A DNA stretch of 64,000 nucleotides from Tubiluchus corallicola (GCA_030141605.1 JAQGDQ010000018.1:930001-994000); one strand, 5' to 3'; shown: positions 25,620-39,230, counted from the first letter of the stretch. Notes: generated by a model not told the origin, from the sequence alone. A program made the numbers and translations.

Positions 25620-26054
25620 AGATTTTTAGGGGATGTCCTCTTTGTTCAAGTCATTTTCTTATGCATTGAAAGTTTGGTTCTGCCCTGCAGCTATCTTGCT
25701 TTTTTCATTTATTCAGCAGGACATTTATATGCAGCTAGTTGCATAAAAATAAATGTATAGTACATGTACATTTGAAAAGTTTGTGTGCACACTTTATTAA
25801 ACTCAGTTTTGAAGACAATAAGATGATTTATTAAAGAATAATTTAACTATACTTTTTTGGTAGCTTTATGTTGTGAAGCAAGTTGTTTTGGAATTAAATT
25901 AATTTCCTTCATGAACCAAGTGGGACTGTAGGTGCTTTAGCATTGTGTTTTAACTGATTTGTGAATGATTTCATCATAACCAACTCAAATCTGCTAATGT
26001 TAGCTTTGTGCTTTTAGAGATTTTGTTAAGTGCTTAAATTTATTTCTTCGAGTA

Positions 26055-26400
26055 AGGGGGCATGGCTGCGTACTTAAAGGCGGAAGTTAAGGTGTACCAA
26101 GCTCGGTTAGTAAAGAGATGGGTAATCATTAGCAACACTGCTGCTAAACAGTTTTATATGCCATACATGAATACACCCTTACTGGGTCATCTCGTGTTGA
26201 TAATGAGCTAGATCCCACTGCCGCGGAGCTCCCTTCAAGTTACAGAAGTACGTAGTAGAATGAGACAACAAAAAATAGCTTTCTTGATCTGAGGGTTCAC
26301 GCTCTGGTCACTCCAGAATTACATGCAGTTGCAGCCTTTTTATAGATGGTGATGGAGGTTATTGTGAATGCTAACGAGTAACTCTTTTAACTGTATTACT
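26055..26400 (+). mobile_element. SINE-like element with a 5S rRNA-like segment, downstream of the CYLD stop codon
   Basis: 26081-26128 cggaagttaag..gctcggttagta..agatgggtaatc resembles the 5S internal control region CGGAAGCTAAG..GCCTGGTTAGTACTTGGATGGGAGACC. The rest of the 5S sequence is absent. The 3' boundary is a guess. Confidence 0.6.
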
Positions 26401-27224
26401 AGCTTGCTTAGCAACTATTGAACTAATGTGAATAAAACTACTGTGAATATTCTTTCAGAGTAAAAAATAATAATTTCTATGAAGATCTCCCTAATAATCT
26501 AAGTACAGTGTACACGTATGTATGTGTGACCATATGAAGAACAATTTTGGTCTTGATATTTATGTATTTTATGTTGAGAAAGTGTGTTGTAAAATCATGT
26601 ACATTTTCTGTTTCATGAATTTGACTAATATCATTATGTCCTTGAAGCCAGTTGTTTCCAAAAGTCTTTCATGTGGATTTAAAATGTGTATTCAGTGGAT
26701 AAAATGGTTTATCAGAGGTGTGTTGTAAAGTACATTTTATTTATTAATCACAATTTTAAGAAAATCTTTTTAATTGTAGTTTTATTGGTTTGCTTTGCTA
26801 AAATGGTTACTGTGGAATGTAGGATCTGCTGCATAACCTATGGTTCCTGGTAATTTTATGTAAATTAACAAATTTTTATTGTTAATTTTGCTGTACTTTT
26901 TTCGTTGTGCTAACCACGAAAGATTTTGTAATAAACATTGGGTAATTACTTCCATACAAACAATTTGCATTATTTTAGGTTTTCTTTAGTTAACGCAAGG
27001 ACTGTACAGGGTTGTCTATATAACATCCCTCATTTCTGATGCAAATAATGACCTTTCTGGTTAAACTTTTACTCACAAAAAAGGCTAAAACGACTGGTTG
27101 TGTTTTCAAGGTCAATATTACTGACCTAGCATCGAAACCAACTGAGGCATGAACCGAAGAGGAGGCTAGGTAGAAAGCAGACTAACTTAGACCTGTCTCC
27201 TAATGTGTGTAAAAATTTCATTAA

Positions 27225-27807
27225 GGCCCGTTTTGCACAGAGGAAGCAAGAAAAGTGACACGTAGATTTGCTCTAAAAATCAGAAAATTGTCAGAAAACT
27301 CTGTTTCTCCCTGATGACCCATACAGCAAGGAAGTTCATTTTGTACTGAAATTGTGCAGTTTTTCACGCATTCAGCCAGCTCCAGTATTTAATGCCTTTG
27401 CGGACTGTCATTTATATAAATTACAATTAGCAGACTGTCATTTATATAAATTACAATTAATAGGTTTAATCAACTGATTAAATATTTATTAATTTACAGT
27501 TATTTATTAATTTTTAGGTTCTTACGGAAATTTGTTAATTGCTGTTCGTTAAACATGAAAGAAGGTAAAATTTTAATGTAAATTCCATAAGGAATGCTTA
27601 CGAAAATGGGACATGCTCCATTTCTACTAAACTACAAGCTCACGAAGTGAACACAGCTATTAGCTAGCAGCAGAATGCCTCATTATAAAAACTTAGTAAA
27701 ATTCCATATCAGCCATTTGCATGAAATGCTCTTTTTGAAAGCAAGGAGTTCCATTTCCTTGAGGACCACAAAGAATTTTGGCATGCGTGCTATGTGTGAA
27801 ATGGGCC
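27225..27807. mobile_element. PIF/Harbinger-type MITE between the convergent CYLD and Aurora 3' ends
   Basis: TIR ggcccgttttgcaca versus ggcccatttcacaca (12 of 15), TAA on both sides, and an internal 30-bp-period duplication gactgtcatttatataaattacaatta at about 27403-27460. Confidence 0.78.
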
Positions 27808-29324
27808 TAACTGTAATGACGGAAGCAAGAAGTTACTAAGATTAGAAGTAGCATTGTTAAAGAGCATTGTTATTAAAATTAATGCAATGTGTTTTGGGTA
27901 TTCGAGTATGAATTCACTTTTGAATCGTGTAAAATTTGTTACTTAAATCGCAAACGATATTTCCAAACAAAAATATTCATTTAATTAATGAGAGGAGAAA
28001 TGAAATACAATACACTGCCACAATAATTTAGCAATTAAAAGGTTCTGAATTAATAGATCAAATGATTAAAATTAGTGAAATATTAGTCAGACTCATCGTA
28101 CGTCATATCAATAACAGTCGTCAAAAACTTGACTAGGCTATACATGCCAAAAACCTCTTTCTTCACAGTTTTTACTAAATATTTTCGGAGTTATAAATTC
28201 AGTTGTTAGTATTTTTGAAATTGGTGAACTCAGCTGCAGTACTAAAATAAAAATTGGCAACATTTGATGCCTAAGAAAACAATCCAACATTAAAGTTAGC
28301 AAAACATGCATATCAACAATCATTTTATGCTTGCAATTGTCACACTTATAGAATCATGACATATCCAATTATTTTCAACAGGAGTTTATCTATCTAAAGA
28401 AATGATAATCAGTTTTAATCTACCAACTTTTACCCACATTTCAGACCAATCAAAAATGATGAAAATGAAGAAAAATTTGCTACACAGTAATAAATCATGC
28501 TGTTCTAGTCAATGTTCACTTTATAGTTTAAGATAATTTCACTTATTTACAGCGAAAACAGTGAAAAGCAATCTCAGCATTGATAGCATAAATTTTATTT
28601 AATGAATTTGATCCCTGTTGACCTACATGATAATAATGATTATAACTATGCACACAATAGAGAAACTGATGAAGTGTAATACATCAAAGTAAAGAGCACC
28701 CCAAAAAAGACAAAAAAATAAGCAAGTGTTTCCAGAAATACTGCGGGTCGTTAAACAGCAAACGCACTACAGTGCCACTATTTACGATAATTATTATTTC
28801 CATCCCATGTATATACAATGAAGCATACACAATCATGTCAGCATGGCGTTTTTGTACAATGTCTCGTAAACAAAATCTCAAGCAATATTTGTGAACCAAA
28901 TTGCAAAACCAGATGATCAATTTACTTTAAATATTCACATAAACAGCTAACATTTGCCTATATATGCACTACGTGATTTAATGTATTGACCATTCTCCAT
29001 TCGGTAATACTGAAAACAGCATCATAACCGAAAAAACACCAAATTTAATAACAGCAACGGTTTTTAGTTAAACAGTAAAAAAATTTAGTAAAAAACACAA
29101 AACGACAAATTAAGTTATTAAAATGCACAGACATTAGTTGTGCACCAGTGACTTATGACTGACATCAAACAACTGGACTGCAGGTGTAGGATTTAGCGCA
29201 ACTGTCCAGAAAGGTACTTAATATCGTCCAACTTTGCTCAGCTTCTAACTTCACACTTTTATGCCAGCATACGACTTATTAACATCCACAACACTAAATA
29301 GGGTATTTCCAAGCGAGCACATTG

Positions 29325-32300
29325 TTACTTAGTCACCTGTGTTAAAGGTGTCCTGGATGCAACTTTGCTTTGACTATAATACAGTGTCGCAGAAGAATTG
29401 GCAACAATCCAAGGGTGCTTAATAGCTTCTTCTAGAGGCATACGAAGTCGAGCATCGTGGCGTAATAACTAGAAATTATTCAAAAATGCATGTTAGTGTA
29501 ACTATTATAACATAGCCACACACTTGACAGTTCCATAAATTACAAAGTAATAGAACTACGAGTCACAAACAGTGAATTCTGGCTGTCCTTTGTGTAGCTA
29601 AAATGCCCCGCCCAAATTGCTCATTTTCGTCCTTCAGCCATGCTATACTATACCTCAAGGAAAATGTCATATCGTAATTATTAAATAATCACCAGCTTCG
29701 TACTATACTTTTGCTGCTGTATAATGGTAAAGTGTGGTTATGAACACGTTATAAACAAGTTGGCCCAATTAATAAAATTGGCCAGGTAAAACCACAAGAT
29801 CTAACATTAAGTTCACGTTCACTTATTATTGTGATGTGGCTCTCGCCAAATTCAGCAATATGTGATCCTGCTTTGGTTTTACATTTTTAGCTCTTTAACC
29901 ATTCTTTTAACTGGATTTTCTGCGGCGCACCAAATAATAACATTAAAACTTCCCAACTTTGGCAAAGAAAAGCAAGATATGCAGCTAATACTTTATTTTA
30001 CAAACGTCTGTGCATAAAAAATGAAAATAGATTACTACAGTATGTGTTCAGCAATACCATGTTATCACTTGCTAGTAATGATCAAAGTTAGCAAGGGCGC
30101 TAACAATGAAGGATTCAAAATTTGCAGACTCAGAGCCACTAAAAATAACCTATTTTGTGTAGTATCCTTTGCAATTGTGTTTACATAAATACACTCGAAA
30201 AACACTATTTAAGATACCAGCGATTTTAAACACCCATAAGTTGGTTTTGCATTTCTTACCTTTGAAAGAAAATCCTTTACTGGTTCTGACATAAATGATG
30301 GAAATCGTAAATCAACCCTTGTAATACGTCGGTATGTTTCTGAATTGCCCTGCGCTTCAAATGGAGGCTTTCCAACTAAAAATTCGTAGCATAAAACGCC
30401 GACACTCCACAAATCAACCTTCTCGTCATGTGGTCTACCCTCAACCATTTCCGGTGGAAGATAGTCCAAAGTGCCACAAAGAGTTGTGCGTCTATAAAAT
30501 AAAGTAGAATTTCACAGCAGCTCATAATGCAAAAATAATTAGCTCGAACCATAGAAAATATACATTTAAAAGCTAGTTTCCTCACTTTATTAATCATTTC
30601 CCAAAGTAAACTCAAGTGAGGCTGCATTATCAAATAATCAACACGCACGCACTTACCTTGATGAAGGAGCATGAACAGACCATCCAAAATCCGCAATTTT
30701 TAAGTCGCCTGTTAAACCAAGCAGCAAATTCTCTGGCTTTATGTCTCTGTGGATAACCTTTTTAGAATGGCAGTACATCAGTGCATCGCTAAGTTGAGCA
30801 ATATACTGAAATTGATGGTAATATGTATATAAAAATTCACACTAAAATAAAGCAAACTGCAACATAGTCACACAGTCATTTATGAACCTTACAACATTTC
30901 ACTTAAAGGCTCTAACAAATAGCCTAATAACACACCTTCTATGCTTGTGTGTGGCCTGTTTCACAATTGCCAGTTGGCAACTGGTCGATTTTCCGCTATT
31001 TCTGAGCAGCTGGCTGCTACATTCTTGTGTATTGTCAATGATTAATATTGTATGTTCATTTGTACTTTGTAAAAATACCTACTACAAGTGCTATAGCATA
31101 TCATTTTTTAAAGAATGATGCAGAAGTGGCCACGTTTGGAAAATGGCCACAAATGCTGGTGATAATTACCTCAGTTATTTCTATTAAGTATAAATTTTTT
31201 TATCAAGTTAAATCTTGTCACTGTAGCACACTTACAGTGGCTGAACGCCGTTCGTCAAAACGGCCGGCTTTTGTCAATTCTTTGTAAAGCTCTCCACGAG
31301 GTGCATATTCCAAAATCAGATACACTCTTGTCTGATCATAGAAGTAACCATACAATCGAAGTATGTTTGGATGCCTAAAATATGCAAAAAGGCACTATGA
31401 GTTATTTGTACTCATTTCCATATCCAAAAAAACATTAAATGTGAATCCCAACTTCAATAAGCCAAAATTAATACATTATAGTTATATATTCACATGAACT
31501 CAATAGTGCTCAAAATCAATCAGTGTCATTACAGTGTATGTCATTTCAACACAGTGAAACAAATTAGTTATTTCTTTAATTAGACAAATGGCACAACTAA
31601 ACAAATTGCTGAAAAATAGAGAACCAGTACTGAATAAAACTCCAAACAAAATTCCTAAGTGTGTTTTTCTTTCACATAAACTGTTAAGGCTATTAATTCC
31701 GGTTTACCGAAGCTAAGATTCTTTTTATGAGTTGCACCAGTTAACTGATTAATGAATGTACATAAATATCAAACAATATTTGCTTATTTGTCCAGAAATT
31801 GCTAGCTAGCAGAAATTCCGGTATGGATAAAAGTAAGTCAGTAGCACACATAGAGCTGATGTGTGGCTTACAACTGGAACTAACTTAAATTGCACAATTT
31901 GGCAGCGACAGAGAGCAACTAGGTGTAACTTTAACCAATTAAACTAGAGTTACTAGATTTACCACAGTGACCACTTGTCGTTTAATATATAGTTAAAAAA
32001 ACTTCAATAGTATTTCTATTGCAAAAGCACATTTATTTAAAAATACATTAAACCTGTTGTGTTTTGCCTATTAGCAAATTCACTTCATTGTTAATTTTTA
32101 CTTTTAACACAATTAGTTTTTGAAAAGTTATTTACCTGCATCTTACAAGTCAGCTTCAAGTAGGTCAGCAAAAAATGTAAAAAGAAAAAAACTTTGCTAA
32201 ACTAATTAAGTGTACTCCAAGTATGCCTGCCTTTTGTCATATACTGTGAGTCTGTTTTTAGTAAAATAGGCATGACTTAATTTTTGAAGATCTAAAGTAG

Positions 32301-35279
32301 TTGTGTCATTTTTAAAGAAATTGGCATTTTTACCAGCAAAATAAAGAAAAGCTGATTGTAGAAAAGTAACTGTGTTTGTGCATGTGTGTGTGTCTATGAA
32401 AAGTCAGTGTTTTTGAAATTGAAAGAAAAAAGGACGATTTTTCAGATTCCACCTCATCTTGAAATATGCTAAAAACATATTAAAAATACATAATATGTTT
32501 CATGATTTATAATAATGCTACAACAATAATTAAATATGAGGGATGCACCAGACTGGGACCATATCCGGACATATAGGCCTATATATAGTTCACGGAAATC
32601 ACCCAGTTGTTGAAACCTTATCCTTTATCCTGGGCAGATTATTAACCACTGGTATAAACCAATTTGTTAATTGACTTGCAGCTTTTACAACAGTAGCACA
32701 CTTATAAATATACCCGCAGAATAACTATAATGTACTATTAATATTTTAATCTTTAAGAAATAAAAAGATGTTATGATTTTAAATCTCTCTAGAAATGTAC
32801 CAAATATTGAAAGTTATAACGTGCGAACCCAAAATTATAAATACTCAAAACTGCAAAACTTAAAATATAATAAAAACAAAATTTAGCTAATAGTTACTGG
32901 CCATTCTATCTAGCTGTATCCATTTGGATTTCTTGCATGGTTATAAATCCAGAAAATAACGAACTTTTCTAACTGGACCCGGACAAGATTTCAGACTTAA
33001 AGCCCATATCCGATGCATCCCTACTAAATATCTGCTTAGAAACTCAACATTGTCTATTTTTGATGTAGTGTTTTCAAGATGTAGGCACTATTGTCCATCT
33101 ATTAGGAATGACAAAACAAGTGCAACAGCAATAAACTAACGAAATTAGACAACAGCCATAATGACTTTTTATATAGGTCACTTAAGAGACAATATTTTTA
33201 TTTTCAATATTTTGTACTTTAGATTATGTACATTTTGATTATGTACAACAAATTGCACAATGCATCAAATAATGAGTTTGTCATAAAAAGGAATGATGTT
33301 TACCTTAGATGTGACTGTATTTCAATCTCTCTCCGAAGTTGATGTTCCACTTGATTTTTCTGTAGTTGGGACTTGAACAAGACCTGAAAAAAGTACAGTA
33401 CAAGTTTGTTTGTATAATTGCATTTCTCAGCCAATATAGAAACCTTAATGAAAGAAAATGCTTTAATTAATAATTATAACCCGAAGCTGTGAAACTGTCA
33501 ATTGTTGAACTGTGTAATTTCTTTACTGTATACACGTATAACTGCTTTTAAAACGACCTGAAATCTCGAATATTTTGATTTATTAAGCATTAACATTAAA
33601 AAAAAAACACGAATCAAGTGTTTGTTAAAACGAAAATAAATTAAATGAATTTAATGAAACAAAACAAGCAAGTCTCGCGAGCTGGGACTGAACATTCTCA
33701 TTGTTTTCCTCAGTAAGCATTTAACTTAGCATAGCAAACAACTATTGTTAGACTAACAACCTTGGCACAAACCTGGAATATATTCTAGTTCTATATGCAC
33801 ATTTAAAATTGGCTTCATGAAAAATGGTGAAATGTTGTCTACAAACAGTGTCACTTTTTGCATGTTTATTTGTTTGTAGAAAAAGGAACACCATAAATTA
33901 AATATGGAATCGCACAAAAAACATGCTTGGATTCACTGCAAAATTCATTACCTTAAGGGCGACTATAAATTTGCTTTTTTTCTCTCTTGCCAAATAGACA
34001 TTTCCGAATTTTCCTTTTCCAAGTGGACGTCCAATGTCATAATCGTTAAGTGTCCAATAACGCCTAAAATATCAACTTGCTTAAATGAGTATTGCATTAT
34101 CTATATATTTGGTTTTTAAGCTTTTGTTAGGTTAGAACTACACAATCGACTTGTTAATGCAAAGTGAATCACAGATACATTTGGATTGTTAAATATACTA
34201 GTTCCAAAACCATAAGTAAGCTACATTCCCAAGATACTATTTGGAACATTTCACGGCATAAATTTTGTAAAACAGAAGAAAACAGAATGGAAACATTTTA
34301 CACATTTTAGACCATAACTCAATTATGGACAATTTACAAAACAAATTGCTATTTCGAAGTCTAACTTAAGTTGATTTTCAATGTTAGACGGTCCTATAGA
34401 CACAGACATCCATACTTAAATGAGCAATAACTGTTTTTAAATACACATGCTTTAAAAACATGCTATACTGACAAAGGTTGGATAACTACACAACATCTTA
34501 ACAACAATATTGTTTCATGAAATCACTGACTCATTCAACAATGAACTTAAAATATTAATTTAGGTTCTCAAAATTTACTCATTTTTGTGGATGCAACCGT
34601 GTGACAGAACAGCACACGGTTGCATACAAAGAATTATCTAAAAATCACCCCACTTTTCTTTAAAAGTTTTCAACTTTGAGTTAAAGATGCTCTTGCTCTC
34701 AGATTTAATATTGTAACAGTAAAGTGCAATGAAATGGAGGTAATTTTTTAAGGTGACGTTCTCGGGCAGTTTTTGTGTGTGGTATAAAGCTATGCAGAAA
34801 TGTGAAAAAAATGGGTGTGTTGATTAATTGTCCTAAGGCTTGATCTCGCTTGCATTGCTGTTTTCTCAGTCTTTAGAGTACAAATATTGCAAATAATGTC
34901 AAAAAATGAGTGACTAGTAGTCTAGTGAGTACACTGTGATTGTAACACACTTGCATGTGCACATGCAAATTTATAAAAGCCAAGTACAAGTAAAATTAAT
35001 AATGTATGATCACTGTGATTCTAAGATAAATTTATATGCTGCATTTGGAAAACACTTAAAAACACTTATACTAAGGTGCGTATGCCAAATTTTTAATTTT
35101 TCAATAATGTAAAAAAAACAAAATTGATACATTCAAACTAATGACTATAAATATTAGTTTATAAATAAAACTACGTTATCAATTGTCATTTTTATCCACC
35201 TTGGTCCTTCTTTTATTTGTTTATCTGTGGTGTTTTCTTTACCATCAGAATCTGATTTTGGAGCCGTTCCGTTCTCCAT
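29325..35279 (-). CDS. AURKA: Aurora family serine/threonine kinase (Aurora A-like), 7 coding exons, about 311 aa if the MENG start is used
   Basis: Exons on the minus strand: 35279-35200, 34063-33952, 33383-33304, 31374-31236, 30805-30657, 30491-30260, 29468-29325 (936 nt). Motifs [88 protein letters not shown], and a KEN box near the N-terminus. The start codon and the A versus B assignment are less certain than the family. Confidence 0.92.
32538..33023. mobile_element. hAT-type MITE in an Aurora intron
   Basis: TIR agggatgca/tgcatccct, TSD ttaaatat and ctaaatat (7 of 8), subterminal atccgg-like motifs. Confidence 0.8.
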
Positions 35280-35719
35280 ATAGGATCGTGCAACAAGTGC
35301 CTTTACGGTGGTTTCTGGTAATACAAGTTTCTAAAATATAAATATTTAACACAAAGTTTCAACTAATTTTACAAGACAGATATTTGACAGTCTAAAATAA
35401 TGAAAGAAATATGAATTTTTCTTTTAATTTTATAACTTATTGCTAGCAGTAGCAAGTTATTTACTTAAATTCAGCACAGAGCTTTAGATTCTTCAGAAAA
35501 AAGGATGAGATTGTCACAACACTGATGTTCAAAGCCAGTTCAAGATTTACATCAAAAATCTGGCCAAAATATGGATCTCTGGCTGAAAGTTATGACACTT
35601 AGAGCCAAATCATGAAATGATGAGTGGTGGCGACCCTAAGCCTAAATTAGTATTATAAAACTGTAACGATTAGTAAAGTACTAGATAGTATATTACTATG
35701 TACTCATAATATAGCCTAC

Positions 35720-36120
35720 CTAACTTTGACGATCCCAAAGTTGCTGAAAGATTCACAAATTTCAACTTTTGAAGACGAGTCTACTACCCACACACAATTT
35801 GAGTTTTTTGCTAAAACATATAACCATAACCAGTTTAAATCGCATAAACAAAACAAAAGTTTTAGCGCCAAGTGCAAACTCGACAGCAAAATCAGCACAA
35901 AAAGGATTTAATTGTTTAATATACAAATTTAACCTACTGTCCTTCCTATTCTTTTGTTTAAATTTCCTAGCGAATCTGATCAAAAGCAACGATTGGCCAG
36001 CAGCAGTTTAACAAAAACTTAGCCAAAGATTCCGAATACAGATCAACAAACACTCGACAGCGTTGGTCACAGTGTTGGCACAGTCCGTGCCATGAACGTG
36101 AAACAAAGGCAAATCCAATG
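35720..36120 (-). promoter_or_regulatory. Putative Aurora proximal promoter and non-coding first exon
   Basis: Splice donor AG|GTAGGC at 35720/35719, CHR-like TTTAAA 35834-35839, E2F/CDE-like TTGGCGC within 35861-35871, CCAAT boxes at 35992-35996 and 36115-36119. Short motifs only. Confidence 0.4.
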
Positions 36121-36310
36121 GGTTTTTCATTATTATTAAGTTTTGAGTTACACATATGAGACATCGAGACTGAAAGAAGTACAAATACGTACGCATGCAT
36201 GCAGTCTTTTAGATACAAGAATAAATTGTAAAAACTCAAACAGAAAATGGCTTCATTTATAGGCACATTTCTGAAAACTCTGATTTAATCTTTTATGTGT
36301 AGGCTGCACA

Positions 36311-36424
36311 GGGTACGTGACATTTGGGCACGGCACTTTGGGTAGGACACATTTCGACGCAGGACACTTGGGCATGAGGAGCATTTAGGCACGGGGACAC
36401 TTGGGCATGAGAAATTTGGGCACC
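36311..36424 (+). repeat. Degenerate 15-17-bp tandem motif (gacacttgggca), probably the terminal array of a truncated TIR element
   Basis: About seven imperfect copies of ca(c/t)ttgggca in a GC-richer patch. No matching opposite end found. Confidence 0.65.
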
Positions 36425-37275
36425 AATAAAATTTTAATGCTGTACCTAGTCTTTAATTTTTGTTTATTGATTTTTCTATGATTCACTATCTTCCTAATTT
36501 TCAGAATTCAATGTCCCTAAACTAAAACCGTAAAAATTACGTAAGAATAAAGATACTATACATAATTTTTTTTTTAGAACATTTTGCCAAATTTAGCATA
36601 TGCTGTAATGACGTGTTATTGTAGTGTATAAGGTGTCTTGGTGAAAGCACACTCACAGATAGGTGACAGATCTTTGATGCTACAATGTACATATCGTTTT
36701 AAATTACTATAAAAAATGTAATATTCACTAGCACAGAGCTCTAGTTAGGACCTGTCCCTACATAATATACACATAGGTCTATTTGTGAGTATACAGCTGT
36801 TTGGCGGCACAACATAAGCTTGAACATTAAACCTATGATAACTATTACATTTATTAAATTACTGATAATAATATCCAAGTATAACAATGTACTAAAATTC
36901 TTGGCTATCTCCAATTGACTAGACTAAATATACATTTAACTTAACGATTCTAACTTTAAAATTCACTCCAGTAAATCGGGTAAACTTAATTGTCTAATTT
37001 GCAAATGAATTTGTAATTATTTTAATCAACATGGACTCAGCTGAGGCTTGTGTTTGCAAATGCATACAACTCTTTCTATTTCTGACAGATTTTATGCATA
37101 AACTTTAACAGTAAAAGTTCTACTGTATAATGCTCATGACATAATTTGCTAACACTGTGCGCCTTTTAGCCAATATTTTGCAATTAAAACGTAATTCATC
37201 TACTGGGCCAACTCAGCAACATTTACTCATGAGAAAAAAATCTGACATAATTGTTAAATAAATTACGTTACTTAC

Positions 37276-37527
37276 ATAACTGGCTGCTGATCTTCTTTCG
37301 TCACATATTTCTGTGATTCTGGGCTGAACATAGTGACAATAAATAGATCTTCTTTCTTTTCCAAAACTCACAAATTGCTTTTCTGTTGTGTCTGGCCCCT
37401 CTTCTGCTTGCAAAACCAATGTGTCTCTAATACTGTCCTTTGCTGTCCTTTTACGCTTTAATTCTTCTTTTCTTCCACCACCTTGTACCTCGCGGCTGCT
37501 ATGATCGTGATCATTATGATGTGTAAT
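37276..37527 (-). other. Candidate 252-nt exon, open for 84 codons, of unknown gene or isoform
   Basis: TTTAG acceptor, strong GTAAGT donor, phase 0 at both ends. Translation ITHHNDHDHSSREVQGGGRKEELKRKRTAKDSIRDTLVLQAEEGPDTTEKQFVSFGKERRSIYCHYVQPRITEICDERRSAASY. No in-frame ATG. Confidence 0.45.
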
Positions 37528-37779
37528 CTAAATTTAGGGATGACCGCATTTTCCCATGCACATCACTCACCGTGATAAATGATATATTATCACAATTGAT
37601 ACTGTATTCATTGAGTGGTAGCTTGATGTGATTTAGAAAAATGCTAATGCATTGCTTATGCACACTACCCACTCGAAATCAACCAGCTCAGTTAATGAGG
37701 CAAATGCTTATAATGTATGATTATCAATATCAAAATTTTAGCAACTATAAATGTAAGTTTTCTGCTTTATTTCTTGCAA

Positions 37780-38340
37780 CATAAGTACTACACAAATATT
37801 CGTTGAACAACTCAGCAGAGCAATCCATCCATGTGAGCAGTCTCCTTCCCTTTGGCTTCTTTAATGATTGAATTGATTTATTTACAGCTTTGATAAGTGG
37901 ACTGTCTTCCAGTAATCTCAGAGCATGACCCATCTAGTTAACATTTCTGCATTTTATTTTCCGAATGCATTTTTCTTACTTGCCTTTGTCATACGGATCT
38001 TTGTTACTTATTACTTTGGCCATTTATTTGCAACAATGACCCATATAAATGTCATTAAAAATCATCAACCTTAGCTGCTAATTCTCTGTCAAGTTCCACG
38101 ATTCTGAACTGTACAGAAAAATGGAACAGAAGAAAACGTTGAAGATCCTAATAATTACAGTTAACAGCTTGGTCTAATATTCTTATTAATGAAGATATTT
38201 CTAAGTTTTGAGAAAACTACTAGTGACTTTTTTCCTTCTTTTGAGTTTTGAGGTCTATCTGCAGTGCTCAATAGACTGCCAATGTATTTGCATTTCTTCA
38301 AGGATTCATTACGTTCGTTTTTAATGTGAAATTCCTCAGT
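37780..38340 (-). mobile_element. Decayed RTE-like non-LTR retrotransposon 3' fragment
   Basis: Minus-strand peptides in the expected order, with stops and frameshifts: KCKYIGSLL..FSKLRNIF, YSSESWNLT, GHALRLLEDSP..KKPKGRRLLTW. Confidence 0.8.
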
Positions 38341-38501
38341 TTCTTCGGTTAGAATACTAACACTTAATAATTATAATAGTAAAGTCAATAAATTTAAAGT
38401 AAATACAATGCGGGCAGCAGTAAGTAATAAACGGCTAATTTTAGGCACTTAACATTATCGTAGGTAAAATGCTGTTATGGGCAGAGAATCAATATAGATA
38501 T

Positions 38502-39230
38502 TATTGTTGGGCGCCGAGTTATCCATTAGCCGAGGTAGGACAATTAGCGTACATAGGCTGCCCAAGTAGGGCACTAAAGACAGGTCACAAATTTAGTCGT
38601 TAACCGTACTGGTAGCACCCGTTGTCCTCCTTGTTTACTTAATAATAATAACTGAAAACGTCAAAAACATTGAATAATTTATTATACGTCTGGTAAAGAA
38701 AGATACTTATTATGAGTTAGATAAATAGCCAATGTTAAATTTGGCTTTGATATTTATCTTTTTGAAGTGAAATAAGCCCACTTCTTAGGCAAATCCAACA
38801 TTTGCTTAAGGTATATCATTTCTTTATTTGTCTCGCTTCACAGACAGGTGATCCGTTTCACTATCTGTTGGACAAATAATTGTTTTTTACGAGTAAACGC
38901 GTAGCGAGCCATGTTCCCTACATAGTTTCTCTCTTTAAAGCATTAGATACTTAGTTCAATGTTATGATGATTTTAATAGACCTAATAATAATGATGATAT
39001 TATTGTAAAAAATGCATTGTAAATTGGCAAGGAGTATCCATCATTATTATAAAGTTTCTTTTTGTAAAACAAATTTAGTTTTACATTTCATTATGTCATA
39101 ATTCTCGACAGAAATCGCCAGTGTCCTACTTGGGCTGCCATGTACGACACTGCTTTTGCGCAAATTTAGCACATGCGTTTTACCGGAAGTGTCCTACTTC
39201 GGCTAGTGGATTACTCGGCACCCTACAATG
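38502..39230. mobile_element. Non-autonomous TIR element with long bipartite inverted repeats, superfamily unclear
   Basis: gggcgccgagttatccattagccgaggtaggaca (from 38509) is inverted at about 39190-39223. A second inverted block cccaagtagggcact/agtgtcctacttggg lies inside. Possible 6-bp TSD agatat/agttat. Confidence 0.85.

Noticed and set aside
26081-26128. Functional 5S rRNA gene
   Set aside because: Only the internal control region is similar. The 5' and 3' parts of 5S are missing.
36311-36424. CRISPR-like array
   Set aside because: The context is eukaryotic, units are short and degenerate, there are no unique spacers and no cas genes.
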